Assembly (NCBI GenBank): GCA_964386535.1
Contig: CAYLRY010000001.1
Coordinates: forward strand, 3,830 to 67,829
Direction of reading: 5' to 3'
Source: an uncultured Dehalococcoidales bacterium
Lineage (GTDB): Bacteria > Chloroflexota > Dehalococcoidia > Dehalococcoidales > UBA3254
Length of the DNA stretch: 64,000 bases
Under the pieces are notes generated by a model. That model ran no database searches. It was not told the DNA's origin and saw only the letters and a list, made by a program, of their open reading frames with translations. Position numbers and translations under genes: made by a program. Below are positions 1-9,398 of this stretch, one piece after another (within the stretch, counting starts at the first letter, position 1; each line of letters starts with the position of its first letter).

Positions 1-1
1 A

Positions 2-763
2 TTGGAAAATAAAACTAATAAAGAACCCTATTTAAACGAGGAGCGACAACTGTTACAGAGTATATCAGAGAGCCTGGCTGCCCGAATTGAAGGAGCCCGC
101 CGTTTAGAAAGTATTAAAATAGAACAACAAGCTTTACATAAAACCATAGAAGGGGTAATTTATGCGCTTTCCGCGGTGGTTGCCTCCAGAGACCCTTATA
201 CAGCCGGTCATCAAAGGAGGGTGGCTGAATTAGCAAGGGCCATTGCCGGAGAAATGGCACTCTCAGAATGGCATAAATACGGAATGTATATCATAGGGCT
301 CTTACATGATGTGGGCAAGATAGCCGTGCCCGCGGAAATATTAAGTAAACCGGGTAAGATCAACCATCACGAGTTTGATATAATTAAGAATCATTCACAG
401 GTGGGTTATGAAATCCTGGAAAAGATAGAGTTTCCCTGGCCGGTTTCAAAGGCCATTAAGCAGCATCACGAACGTTTAAACGGATCCGGCTACCCTGAGG
501 GATTATCTGGGTCTGATATTATTCTGGAGGCCCGGATTTTAGGTGTGGCAGATGTGGTTGAAGCTATGTCTTCACACCGGCCGTACCGTCCCGCTCTGGG
601 TCTGGAAAAAGCTTTAAAAGAAATAACTGACCAAAGCGGAACATTATATGACGGAGAAGTGGTGGAAGCTTGTTTACGTTTATTGAAGAATAAAGAGATG
701 GTCTTTGAAAAACTGATGTCAGCGGCTGATCAGGAAACTGCCGGAACCGGTGGATACACTTAA
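2..763 (+). CDS. HD-GYP domain protein (c-di-GMP phosphodiesterase family); probably 5'-truncated by the window edge
   Basis: Translation contains HD..HDVGK and HHERLNGSGYP (the HD-GYP signature). The ORF is open to the window start. Confidence 0.85.
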   Translation: MENKTNKEPYLNEERQLLQSISESLAARIEGARRLESIKIEQQALHKTIEGVIYALSAVVASRDPYTAGHQRRVAELARAIAGEMALSEWHKYGMYIIGLLHDVGKIAVPAEILSKPGKINHHEFDIIKNHSQVGYEILEKIEFPWPVSKAIKQHHERLNGSGYPEGLSGSDIILEARILGVADVVEAMSSHRPYRPALGLEKALKEITDQSGTLYDGEVVEACLRLLKNKEMVFEKLMSAADQETAGTGGYT

Positions 764-913
764 AGGATTTATATAAAATATTGAAATAAAATTATATTAA
801 CTATAAAAAATAATAGATTATATTAAAATAATAATTAAGCATAACAAAATATATTATTTCAAGGTTAGATTTGTTTCCTTTAAATGATTATACAAACAAT
901 TAGGGAGGAAAAA

Positions 914-2251
914 ATGGCTACTGATATGTCCAGGTTGACGCGGGAAGAAAAACGTAAGAGGAGACTGGAACGCTGGCTTTCCCCGCCTGATGTCATATTT
1001 CGTAATACCAAAGCTGAGAAGGATTACAGGGAAAGGGTAACCAGATTAACTAAAGCTCTTTTAGTTCAGGAGCCTGACCGGGTTCCTGTCTCTCTGCCAT
1101 CCGGTAATTTTCCAGCTTATTATTCTGGGGGTAATTTACAGAAAGTGATGTATGATTACCGGGCGCTACGGCAAGCATGGACCAGGTTTTTAGGCGATTT
1201 TTCTGAAGACATGGATACCTACCAGGGACCCAGCCTGGTACATTCAGGGGCGGTACTGGAGATTCTGGATTACAAATTATACAAATGGCCGGGTCACGGG
1301 CTGGGACCGGATGTTAACTCGTATCAGTATGTGGAAGGTGAATATATGCCGCCTGACGAATATGACCAGTTAATTAAAGACCCTGCCGATTTCGCCTTAA
1401 GGGTTTTTATGCCTCGTGTGGTAGGGTCGTTAGGAGCCCTGAATAAACTGCCTCCGCTTTCCTCTCTTTTTGGAATGCCGATAAAGTTTGCGAGTTCTTT
1501 CATAGACCCGGGAGTACGGTCAGCCTTTAAGTCCGTAATAGATGCCGGTAGAGAGATGGAAAGGTGGCAAAAAGCTGTTTCGGCTTTTAGCCGGTATGCC
1601 CTGGCTGCCGGTTTCCCAACTATGCGGGGAGGTATGGCCACAGCCCCTTTTGATACAATTGGGGACTCTCTGAGAGGGACACAGGGGATAATCCTGGATA
1701 TGTATCGGCGACCGCAAAAGTTATTGGAAGCTATTGATGTGATAACAGCACTGACAATTGAACAAACCATAGAAATGGTCAATTCATCCGGAGGTTTCCT
1801 GGCCAGTTTCCCGCTGCATAAAGGGGATGATACCTTTATGTCCGATAAGCAGTTTGAAAAATTTTACTGGCCTTCTCTGAAAAAAGTGGTGGATGCTTTA
1901 ATTGATGAGGGAATTATGGTGATGTTGTTTGCGGAAGGCAAATACCAGCGGCGTCTGGATTATATTCATGATTTTCCCAAGGGGTGGGTGATGTGGCAAT
2001 TCGACCAGACGGACATGGCTGCCGCTAAAAGAATAGTTGGTAAGAACTGCTGTATCGCGGGTAACATTCCTACCTCCATCATGTGCACAGGCACGGCCAA
2101 ACAGGTCAAGGAATATTGCCGGAAGCTTATAGAAGACTGCGCTCCCGGAGGTGGTTATATATTGATGGGGGGCGCCGCAGCCACTGAAGCCAGCCCGGAT
2201 AATATGCGGGCTATTATGGAGGCAGCCAAAGAATACGGGAGATATACTTAG
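914..2251 (+). CDS. Uroporphyrinogen decarboxylase (URO-D)-family protein, paralog 1
   Basis: Full-length similarity to the two other URO-D-like ORFs in the window (N-terminal basic helix, then DRVPV...). The C-terminus has the typical family ending GGGYIL...EYG. The ATG at 914 is preferred over 884 because GGGAGGA lies at 903-909. Confidence 0.75.
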   Translation: MATDMSRLTREEKRKRRLERWLSPPDVIFRNTKAEKDYRERVTRLTKALLVQEPDRVPVSLPSGNFPAYYSGGNLQKVMYDYRALRQAWTRFLGDFSEDMDTYQGPSLVHSGAVLEILDYKLYKWPGHGLGPDVNSYQYVEGEYMPPDEYDQLIKDPADFALRVFMPRVVGSLGALNKLPPLSSLFGMPIKFASSFIDPGVRSAFKSVIDAGREMERWQKAVSAFSRYALAAGFPTMRGGMATAPFDTIGDSLRGTQGIILDMYRRPQKLLEAIDVITALTIEQTIEMVNSSGGFLASFPLHKGDDTFMSDKQFEKFYWPSLKKVVDALIDEGIMVMLFAEGKYQRRLDYIHDFPKGWVMWQFDQTDMAAAKRIVGKNCCIAGNIPTSIMCTGTAKQVKEYCRKLIEDCAPGGGYILMGGAAATEASPDNMRAIMEAAKEYGRYT

Positions 2252-2529
2252 CAAAAAAGCTCTACATGTACCTCAGATGCAGCCAGTTGCACAAATGGCT
2301 TCTGCTTTCTCCGACTGGTCATGAGAACAGGTAATAAACTGTTCAGAAGTTCAGTCAAGATTTCCCCGGAAGGGCGTATCATTATATCCGGGAATGAGTA
2401 AGTCTGGCATTAATTCTCATATTTTTCCATCTACATTGAGCATTTAATATCACCAGGGAAAAAGGAGGCCGGTGGGGATGGTTTATTTTCAAAGGCAGAA
2501 AGGGGTCAAAAACCGGAAGGAGGAGTAAA

Positions 2530-3426
2530 ATGTATGCGGTCGAGGCTAAAAATATCTGTAAAACATATGCCGGAAAGTCGATCGTAAACCGGGTTTCATT
2601 AAGCGTTTCCGGACGGGAAATTCTGGGTTTGATCGGACCTAACGGCGCCGGCAAGACCACCTGTATTCGCATGATTATGGATGTGATCAAGCCGGATTCA
2701 GGAGAGGTAATAGTTTTAGGACAGAAGTTTAATGACAAATTGAAAAACCAGATCGGCTATTTACCTGAAGAGAGAGGATTATACCGGCGGGCCAGAATAA
2801 TAGAGACTATTGTGTATCTGGCTACCCTGAAAGGTCTGGAAGCCGGGCAGGCCAGAATCAGGGCGGAGGAATGGCTATCCCGTATAAATATGTCCGCTCA
2901 TAAAAATAAGAAGATCGATGAACTCAGCCACGGCATGGCGCAACTGATCCAGTTTGTGGTTACCGTGATTCATGACCCTCCGGTTATTATCCTGGATGAA
3001 CCCTTTAACGGTCTGGATCCTGTAAATGTCCAATTGGTTAAGGAAATAATCCTGGAATTGAAAAACCGGGGTAAGGCTATAATGCTGAGCACTCACCGAA
3101 TGAATGAAGTTGAGGCTCTGTGCGATCGTGTTTTTATGATCAACCGGGGTCAAAACGTGCTGTACGGTGAGATCACAGAGATTAAAAAGAAATACCGCGA
3201 CAACTCTGCGCTGGTAGAATTTGAAAAACTGCCTGACAGCCTGAAAGGGTTTGAAACCCGCAGAGTGAATACGAATACTCTCGAAGTAAGGCTCCCTGCC
3301 GGCATGACGCCTCAACATCTTCTGGAACGCCTGGTATCCCTCCATCTGGACATCAGCCGGTTTGAACTCAGCACTCCGTCATTGAATGATATTTTTATAC
3401 AGGTGGCAGGTGGGAAACATGAATAA
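2530..3426 (+). CDS. ABC transporter ATP-binding protein (ABC-2/NatA-like)
   Basis: Walker A GPNGAGKTT, an LSHGM signature-like motif, and Walker B ILDEP. Confidence 0.9.
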   Translation: MYAVEAKNICKTYAGKSIVNRVSLSVSGREILGLIGPNGAGKTTCIRMIMDVIKPDSGEVIVLGQKFNDKLKNQIGYLPEERGLYRRARIIETIVYLATLKGLEAGQARIRAEEWLSRINMSAHKNKKIDELSHGMAQLIQFVVTVIHDPPVIILDEPFNGLDPVNVQLVKEIILELKNRGKAIMLSTHRMNEVEALCDRVFMINRGQNVLYGEITEIKKKYRDNSALVEFEKLPDSLKGFETRRVNTNTLEVRLPAGMTPQHLLERLVSLHLDISRFELSTPSLNDIFIQVAGGKHE

Positions 3427-4636
3427 AACCTTGATTATCCTGACCAGTGAGCTTAAGGGGACCTTAAAACGCAAGGGCTTTATGATCACTACCCTGGCCT
3501 TACCGGTTTTGGGTCTTCTGATAATGCTGATATTTAACGTGGTGACAAATAACATTCAGCCGTCATCTGAAGCTGAAAATATTCGAATAGGCTACGTTGA
3601 CCAGGCAGGCATCTTCAGTCAATATACTCAGCAGGGCGATATTCAGCTTGTTCCTTACACTTCTGCTGAACAGGCCACTGCCGGTTTGCTGGCAAACGAG
3701 ATCAGGGAATATTTCGTAATTCCAAAAGACTATATAGCTTCAGGGCTGGTTTTCAGGTATTCGTTGAATACCTCTCTGGAGCCTCCGGCAAATTTTACAC
3801 GAGCTACCAAGGACTTCTTAATAAGCAATTTGGTCCATGATAAGGTCAGTCCCGACATAATGGCCCGGCTCCAGGCCCCCCTGGCAGTATCCAGCATTGT
3901 GCTGGACCGGAGCGGTCAAATTGATGAAGGCCAGAACGGCTGGGGCGCCTGGGTGATTTCGTACCTTTTCGGGCTGCTTCTGGTGATGTCCATCTTTACC
4001 GTGTCCGGATATCTTCTGCAAGGCCTGAGCGAAGAGAAAGAAAACCGGGTAATGGAGATATTACTTTCATCGGTCTCCACGCGACAATTAATCACAGGCA
4101 AGGTGCTGGGACTGGGCGCCGCGGGTCTTATACAGATGATATTCTGGTTATTCTCGGCCTGGGGACTGCTGTCTCTGGCTTCAAGTAGTATCGGCGGAAT
4201 TTTTAGCTCCATGCAGTTCCCGGTAAGCGTGATTGCATTGAGCCTGGTCTATTTCATACTGGGCTACTTCCTTTTTGCCATTTTGCTGGCTGGTATCGGC
4301 GCCATAGTGCCAACAGTCAGGGACGGCCAGCAGCTTTCCGTGATGGTCACTCTTTTAGGCTCTATCCCCTTCTTTATGATGACTTTTATTATTGAGAATG
4401 GCGATCATCTTCTGAATATAATATTGACCCTTTTCCCGCTTACTGCTCCTCTTACGGTCATGATGCGTATCAATGCAGGGATTCCCGTCTGGGAACTGGC
4501 CACCAGTGTGATATTAATGATATTAAGTATTACAGGCAGCTTGTATATTGTTTCCAGGCTTTTCAGAACGTATTTATTGATGTACGGTAAGACGCCGGGT
4601 TTAAAGGCGCTGGTAAGGAGCCTGCGGCAGTCATGA
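3419..4636 (+). CDS. ABC-2 family transporter permease (NatB-like)
   Basis: N-terminal TM, a large extracytoplasmic loop, then about 5 C-terminal TMs. The ATG at 3419 overlaps the stop of the ATPase gene (ATGAATAA), which suggests coupling. Confidence 0.8.
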   Translation: MNKTLIILTSELKGTLKRKGFMITTLALPVLGLLIMLIFNVVTNNIQPSSEAENIRIGYVDQAGIFSQYTQQGDIQLVPYTSAEQATAGLLANEIREYFVIPKDYIASGLVFRYSLNTSLEPPANFTRATKDFLISNLVHDKVSPDIMARLQAPLAVSSIVLDRSGQIDEGQNGWGAWVISYLFGLLLVMSIFTVSGYLLQGLSEEKENRVMEILLSSVSTRQLITGKVLGLGAAGLIQMIFWLFSAWGLLSLASSSIGGIFSSMQFPVSVIALSLVYFILGYFLFAILLAGIGAIVPTVRDGQQLSVMVTLLGSIPFFMMTFIIENGDHLLNIILTLFPLTAPLTVMMRINAGIPVWELATSVILMILSITGSLYIVSRLFRTYLLMYGKTPGLKALVRSLRQS

Positions 4637-4776
4637 TACAGGCCGGATTAATAGAAGGCGGCTGCCAGTTCCGGATTTCTCTTTTTGAAGACCGGTCTTT
4701 ACCAGCAACCTGGACGAGGCAGCCGGTTCAAAAAACCCGGGTACCGGAAAAAGCCAGGGAAAAAGGCTGTTCTGCT

Positions 4777-5811
4777 CTAAGGAACCCGGAATTGTTGAAT
4801 CAGATCTTCGCCGATCTTGAGCGACCATTCTCTATAGACCGGTTCAACCCTGGCCTGGAAAGAAGATATCTCAGCAGATGTCAGTTCCGTAACCGTCATC
4901 CCATAGTCGCGGAGCAGATTGACTTTGGTCTGGGCTACCTCGCGGGAAAATTTAATCTGTTCCTTTGAGGCCTCTACGGCAGATTGCCGGATTATTTCCC
5001 GCGCATTTTGGGGCAAGCCCTCCCAATCATTCTTATTCATGCCCAGGATAATGGCATCATAGGAGTAATTCCAGAGGGTAATATATTTCTGCACATCATA
5101 TAACCTGGAAGATTCTATCACATCGATAGGGTTTTCCTCACCGTCTATTTCCCACTGGCGCAGGGCGCTGACTACCTGGTTGAAATTCAGCATAACCGGG
5201 ATGGCGCCGAGGCTTTCGAAAATCGAGTTATACAGCTTCACTCCGGGAATCCTGATCTTCAAACCACGCAGATCATCGGGCTTATGGACAGCCAAACGGT
5301 TATTGGTTAACTGCCGGAAACCGTTCTCACCGAAAGCGAGCCCGACGATGCCCTGAAACTCAGCCAATTGCAGCAGATGGTTCCCGCCGGGTCCTGCCAG
5401 CCCCGTATCCACCTGGGAATAACCGGTGAAGAGCCACGGCAAAGAAAGTACGGCAAAGGACTGGTCCAGATTGCTGTAAAGTAAATTAGAGTGATAGGTA
5501 AAGTTGATACTGCCTTCTTGCAGCATGGCCAGCTCTTTAACCTGGTCGCCGCCGGCCAGGGTGGCGTCAGGAAAGACTTTTATTTGAATACGTCCGCCGG
5601 TTCGTTGCCTGACCAGATCAGAAAATATCCGGGCTCCTCTGGCCCAGGAAGAATCCTCACTGGTGACCACGCTCATCTTCCAGTTGCGTGCCGGGATTTC
5701 ACCAGCATTTGAAATACCGGTGAAGGAATCTGTATTACAGGAGGTTGATATCAGGGCTAGGGTACCGATAAGAATAATCAGGCAGAATTTTAATTTTTGA
5801 TAGAACATCAA
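4777..5811 (-). CDS. TRAP transporter substrate-binding protein (DctP family), lipoprotein
   Basis: DctP-like sequence over its full length. Lipobox-like LISTSC follows a hydrophobic signal. No dctQ or dctM lies nearby. Confidence 0.75.
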   Translation of the reverse strand: MMFYQKLKFCLIILIGTLALISTSCNTDSFTGISNAGEIPARNWKMSVVTSEDSSWARGARIFSDLVRQRTGGRIQIKVFPDATLAGGDQVKELAMLQEGSINFTYHSNLLYSNLDQSFAVLSLPWLFTGYSQVDTGLAGPGGNHLLQLAEFQGIVGLAFGENGFRQLTNNRLAVHKPDDLRGLKIRIPGVKLYNSIFESLGAIPVMLNFNQVVSALRQWEIDGEENPIDVIESSRLYDVQKYITLWNYSYDAIILGMNKNDWEGLPQNAREIIRQSAVEASKEQIKFSREVAQTKVNLLRDYGMTVTELTSAEISSFQARVEPVYREWSLKIGEDLIQQFRVP

Positions 5812-5841
5812 TCTCCTTAATAAGGTAATATTTTATCCGGA

Positions 5842-6027
5842 TTAGCCTACGATTGACCACACTAAGGCGCCTAGCCAGCCAAAAAAGGTCCATCCGAGGA
5901 ATAAATTCAGGAAAAAGACAGCCAGCTTTCTCCTGTGATTTCGGCATAGAGCAATAATAGTCGGCAGGAAGTAGACTCCCAAACCTGCCGCTACAGTAGC
6001 CAGAATTAGGAAAATTAAAAAAGCCAT
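5842..6027 (-). CDS. Small two-TM membrane protein, superinfection-immunity (Imm_superinfect)-like
   Basis: YFLPTIIA..R.H......F.LNLFLGWTFFGW..ALVW pattern typical of that family. Confidence 0.6.
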   Translation of the reverse strand: MAFLIFLILATVAAGLGVYFLPTIIALCRNHRRKLAVFFLNLFLGWTFFGWLGALVWSIVG

Positions 6028-6055
6028 GATTTTACCTCAATCCAGCAACAAACGA

Positions 6056-6703
6056 TTAAATCCGGCTTCCCAGCAGCAGCCAGAAAATATGCCGGTGGTT
6101 ATCCATGGTGAAATGATTTTCAAAATACTCACGTTCAAAAAGTGCGTTGATGACTAAGAAACTAAAATCCCTTTCAAGTTCATGTCGCGTGCTGAAATGA
6201 TAGGATTTTTTATCCGGCACAGATTCGGGTTCGATTTCATTCTTTGTTTTAAGTTTAGAATACAGGGAATCACCTGTTGAAAGGGTATTAAGGAAGAACC
6301 AGCCTCCGCTTTTTAGACAGCGCTTGACGGTCTCCCTGATTTTTCTACTTTCGTCCGGGGCCAGCAGATAATACAGGTTAGAAATGAAGATCATATCAAA
6401 TTTATCAATAAGGGTAAAGTAATTGTAACACAAAAATTCTATGCGTTTGATAAGTTCTCTGGGGCAGGACTTTCTGGCCTTGGTTACAGCTTCCTCCGAA
6501 GTATCAATGGCCAGAATGTGGCAATCCAGTTGCCGGGCCAGGTAAACCGCATCCTGTCCATAACCACAGCCCAGGTCTAAAATATCAATGTCGCCATGAA
6601 AACGGCTGCTTTGTCTTAAAATCTGAACGGCGAATAAAGCCAGTTCACTTGGCTCATCCTGGCGTACCAGATCTCCTGTAAGTTGTTTTTTATTCCAGAC
6701 CAT
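6056..6703 (-). CDS. Class I SAM-dependent methyltransferase
   Basis: Motif I ILDLGCGYGQD, followed by an acidic loop (ILAIDTSE). Confidence 0.8.
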   Translation of the reverse strand: MVWNKKQLTGDLVRQDEPSELALFAVQILRQSSRFHGDIDILDLGCGYGQDAVYLARQLDCHILAIDTSEEAVTKARKSCPRELIKRIEFLCYNYFTLIDKFDMIFISNLYYLLAPDESRKIRETVKRCLKSGGWFFLNTLSTGDSLYSKLKTKNEIEPESVPDKKSYHFSTRHELERDFSFLVINALFEREYFENHFTMDNHRHIFWLLLGSRI

Positions 6704-6983
6704 TTATAACCCTCTTTTGTTTTAAGAGGCATCCACTACCGTAATCTATATGTGAACCGGATTATTATTATTATAGCCTTTGGTTAACAATAAGAACAGA
6801 TTTAACGTACGCTGAGGTGACGTTTGACGTAGTCAGGAGTCATCCGTATAATTAACTGATATGACATAAAAACACAGGTTTTTATGCACCCACTGCAATC
6901 GACCTTCAACAGAGTTTTTTTCATTACGGTTGAATTCATATGGGTGTGGCGTAGTATTTTTATGAGATTATAGGAGCATTATT

Positions 6984-8141
6984 TTGCAGTACTTTCTTAC
7001 CGATGAACAAAGGATGATAAAAGATCTAGCCAGGAAGATTGCCGAAGAAAGAATTTTACCGGTCCGCGCCAGGTTAGATGAGAGTGAAGAATTTCCCTGG
7101 GATATAATCAAGGAAATGGCAGCTTCGGACCTGTTCCGTGTTTTTGTTCCGGCTGAATATGAAGGTTTAGGCGGGGGGTGCCTGGAACTGGTCCTGGTCA
7201 TGGAAGAGCTGAGCCGGGTCTGCTCCGCTATTGCCATCAGCTTTGCGGCCAGCGCGCTGGGCACCTATACTTTGATAGATTATGGCTCTGAAAATTTAAA
7301 GCGTAAATTCCTTCCAGACATAGCCGCAGGCAGGAAACTGGCAGCGTTTGCGCTGACCGAATCAGGGGCCGGCAGTGATGCCAGCGCTATCCGCACAACG
7401 GCGGAAAAAGTCGAAGGGGGCTACTTAATTAACGGCACCAAACAGTTCATTACTAACGGCGGTGAAGCTGAGATATATACTGTGATAGTACTGACGGATA
7501 AGAACAGAGGGGCACGCGGCGCCAGCGCTATTCTGGTGGAGAAAGGCACCCCCGGATTTACGTTCGGTAAAAAAGAGAAAAAGATGGGTATCCGGGCCTC
7601 AGCCACAAGGGAACTGGTCTTTAAAGACTGCCTGGTGCCTGAAGAGAATATCATCGGTAAGCCGGGGATGGGTTTTATCCAGGCCATGAAGCTGTTCGAC
7701 CGCTCTAGGCCGGGAGTAGGGGCACAGGCCCTGGGTATTGCCCAGGGAGCGCTGGAAGCAGCGGTGGATTATACCCGCCAGAGAATTCAATTCGGTCAGC
7801 CTTTGATTTCATTGCCGGTAGTGGCAAGCATGCTGGCGGAAATGGCTATTAAAGTAGAAGCTTCCCGAGCATTGATCTATTCCGCGGCAAAATTTATTGA
7901 CAGCGGAGCCAGGGATTACACCGAGGTCTCAGCTATGGCCAAGGTATTCGCTTCGGATACAGCCATGCAGGTAACCACTGACGCAGTGCAATTATGCGGA
8001 GGCGCCGGTTTCATGAGGGATTACCCTTTGGAAAAAATGATGCGGGACGCCAAAATCACCCAGATTTACGAAGGCTCGAACCAGGTGTTAAAAAACGCTA
8101 TTGCTCTTGAATTAAGAAAGCGAAAGGGTAAGGCTGAATGA
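6984..8141 (+). CDS. Acyl-CoA dehydrogenase (butyryl-CoA dehydrogenase-like)
   Basis: ACAD family over its full length (..ALTE.GAGSD.., C-terminal YEGSNQV). TTG start with AGGAG 8 nt upstream. Confidence 0.9.
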   Translation: MQYFLTDEQRMIKDLARKIAEERILPVRARLDESEEFPWDIIKEMAASDLFRVFVPAEYEGLGGGCLELVLVMEELSRVCSAIAISFAASALGTYTLIDYGSENLKRKFLPDIAAGRKLAAFALTESGAGSDASAIRTTAEKVEGGYLINGTKQFITNGGEAEIYTVIVLTDKNRGARGASAILVEKGTPGFTFGKKEKKMGIRASATRELVFKDCLVPEENIIGKPGMGFIQAMKLFDRSRPGVGAQALGIAQGALEAAVDYTRQRIQFGQPLISLPVVASMLAEMAIKVEASRALIYSAAKFIDSGARDYTEVSAMAKVFASDTAMQVTTDAVQLCGGAGFMRDYPLEKMMRDAKITQIYEGSNQVLKNAIALELRKRKGKAE

Positions 8142-8923
8142 ATATCATCGTTTGTTTGAAACAGGTACCTGGTACTACTGAGGTTAAAATTAATCCACAG
8201 ACCAATACACTTATAAGGCAGGGCATCAAAAATGTCATCAATCCCTTTGATACATACGCGCTAGAGGAAGGGGTACGCCTGAAAGAGAGGTTTGGAGGAA
8301 AAGTTACTGCAATCAGTATGGGGCCGCCCCAGGCCATGGAGATGTTGCGGGAAGCCATTTCACTGGGAGCAGATGAGGCTGTGTTACTGAGTGACGGGGT
8401 TTTCGCAGGAGCAGATACCTGGGCTACGGCTTTTACGCTTAGCGGAGCGGTTAAAAAACTGGCGCCATACGATATGGTTATTTGCGGCCGCCAGTCCACG
8501 GATGGGGATACAGCACAGGTTGGGCCCGAAATGGCAGAAATGCTGGGGGTCCCTTTTATAGCTTATATTAGCGCCGTCGAGGAAATAGCCGGTGGCCAGA
8601 TCAAGGTTAAACGCATGATTGAAGAAGGTCATGAGACGATAATTTCCCCCATGCCGCTGGTCATAACCGTAACAAAAGAAATCAATGTCCCCAGGCTTCC
8701 CTCTCTGCGGGGCATAATGAAATCAAAAAGCGCCCAAATACCGGTTTGGACCGCCGAAAATATGGGGCTGGATATCAACAGGGTGGGACTGGCCGGCTCT
8801 TTTACCAAGGTGGTCAAGATATTCTCTCCCGTTAGAAGCCATAAGGCAGAGATGCTGACAGGTGATATGGAAAGCCAGGTGACCTGTTTGATTGACAAAC
8901 TGAGAGAGTCAAGATTGATCTGA
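8138..8923 (+). CDS. etfB: Electron transfer flavoprotein beta subunit
   Basis: MNIIVCLKQVP N-terminus and a CGRQSTDGDTAQVGP segment. There is a 4-nt overlap with the acyl-CoA dehydrogenase stop. Confidence 0.9.
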   Translation: MNIIVCLKQVPGTTEVKINPQTNTLIRQGIKNVINPFDTYALEEGVRLKERFGGKVTAISMGPPQAMEMLREAISLGADEAVLLSDGVFAGADTWATAFTLSGAVKKLAPYDMVICGRQSTDGDTAQVGPEMAEMLGVPFIAYISAVEEIAGGQIKVKRMIEEGHETIISPMPLVITVTKEINVPRLPSLRGIMKSKSAQIPVWTAENMGLDINRVGLAGSFTKVVKIFSPVRSHKAEMLTGDMESQVTCLIDKLRESRLI

Positions 8924-8991
8924 ATTTTGTTAAGGTTGAAAATAATCAGGACGTATTATCTGGTAATTGGAAGTTGAGAGCTGAATAAAAG

Positions 8992-9195
8992 GTGCCGGTA
9001 ATAATTGATAAGGCAAAATGCAGCGGGTGTTATGCCTGTGTAATAAATTGTCCCCAGGCCCTTTTTACAGTGATAGATGGTAAAGCCAGCGCAAATAATG
9101 AGGAGTGTATAAGCTGCGGGGTATGCATACAGTTCTGTGAGAATAAAGCCATCAAGTTTCTGCGAGTGGATAACCTGGGTGGTGGGGGGTATTAG
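8992..9195 (+). CDS. Small 2x[4Fe-4S] ferredoxin
   Basis: Two CxxCxxCxxxCP-type motifs (CSGCYACVINCP, CISCGVCIQFCE). GTG start with a weak RBS. Confidence 0.7.
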   Translation: MPVIIDKAKCSGCYACVINCPQALFTVIDGKASANNEECISCGVCIQFCENKAIKFLRVDNLGGGGY

Positions 9196-9398
9196 AAGAA
9201 CCAGAAAAGCTGCGCGCATTAACGGAATTAAATCCGCGCCTGACCCTGATAAAGGCGATTATTGCGGCTATTGATTAGATTTATGTATCTTTAATACTAT
9301 TTTGCAAGAATGAGGAAGCTTCCAGCCTGGGACCGGGTAGAGGCGGCTGGTAATCGAATGTCAAAATTTAATAGTTACACTGATAAAGTGAGGTTACT

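Noticed and set aside
5842-6027. The superinfection-immunity-like small membrane protein as evidence of a phage remnant.
   Set aside because: This small two-TM family is common in chromosomes outside prophages, and nothing phage-like lies nearby.
9169-9285. A possible -1 frameshift at the G6 run (9184-9189) at the end of the small ferredoxin gene. It would add a ~30-aa helical tail (VLEEPEKLRALTELNPRLTLIKAIIAAID).
   Set aside because: A 31-codon stop-free stretch in an alternative frame is not statistically unusual at this GC content. The ferredoxin is complete without it, and there is no slippery heptamer or downstream structure. It is only worth revisiting if homologs carry such a tail in frame.
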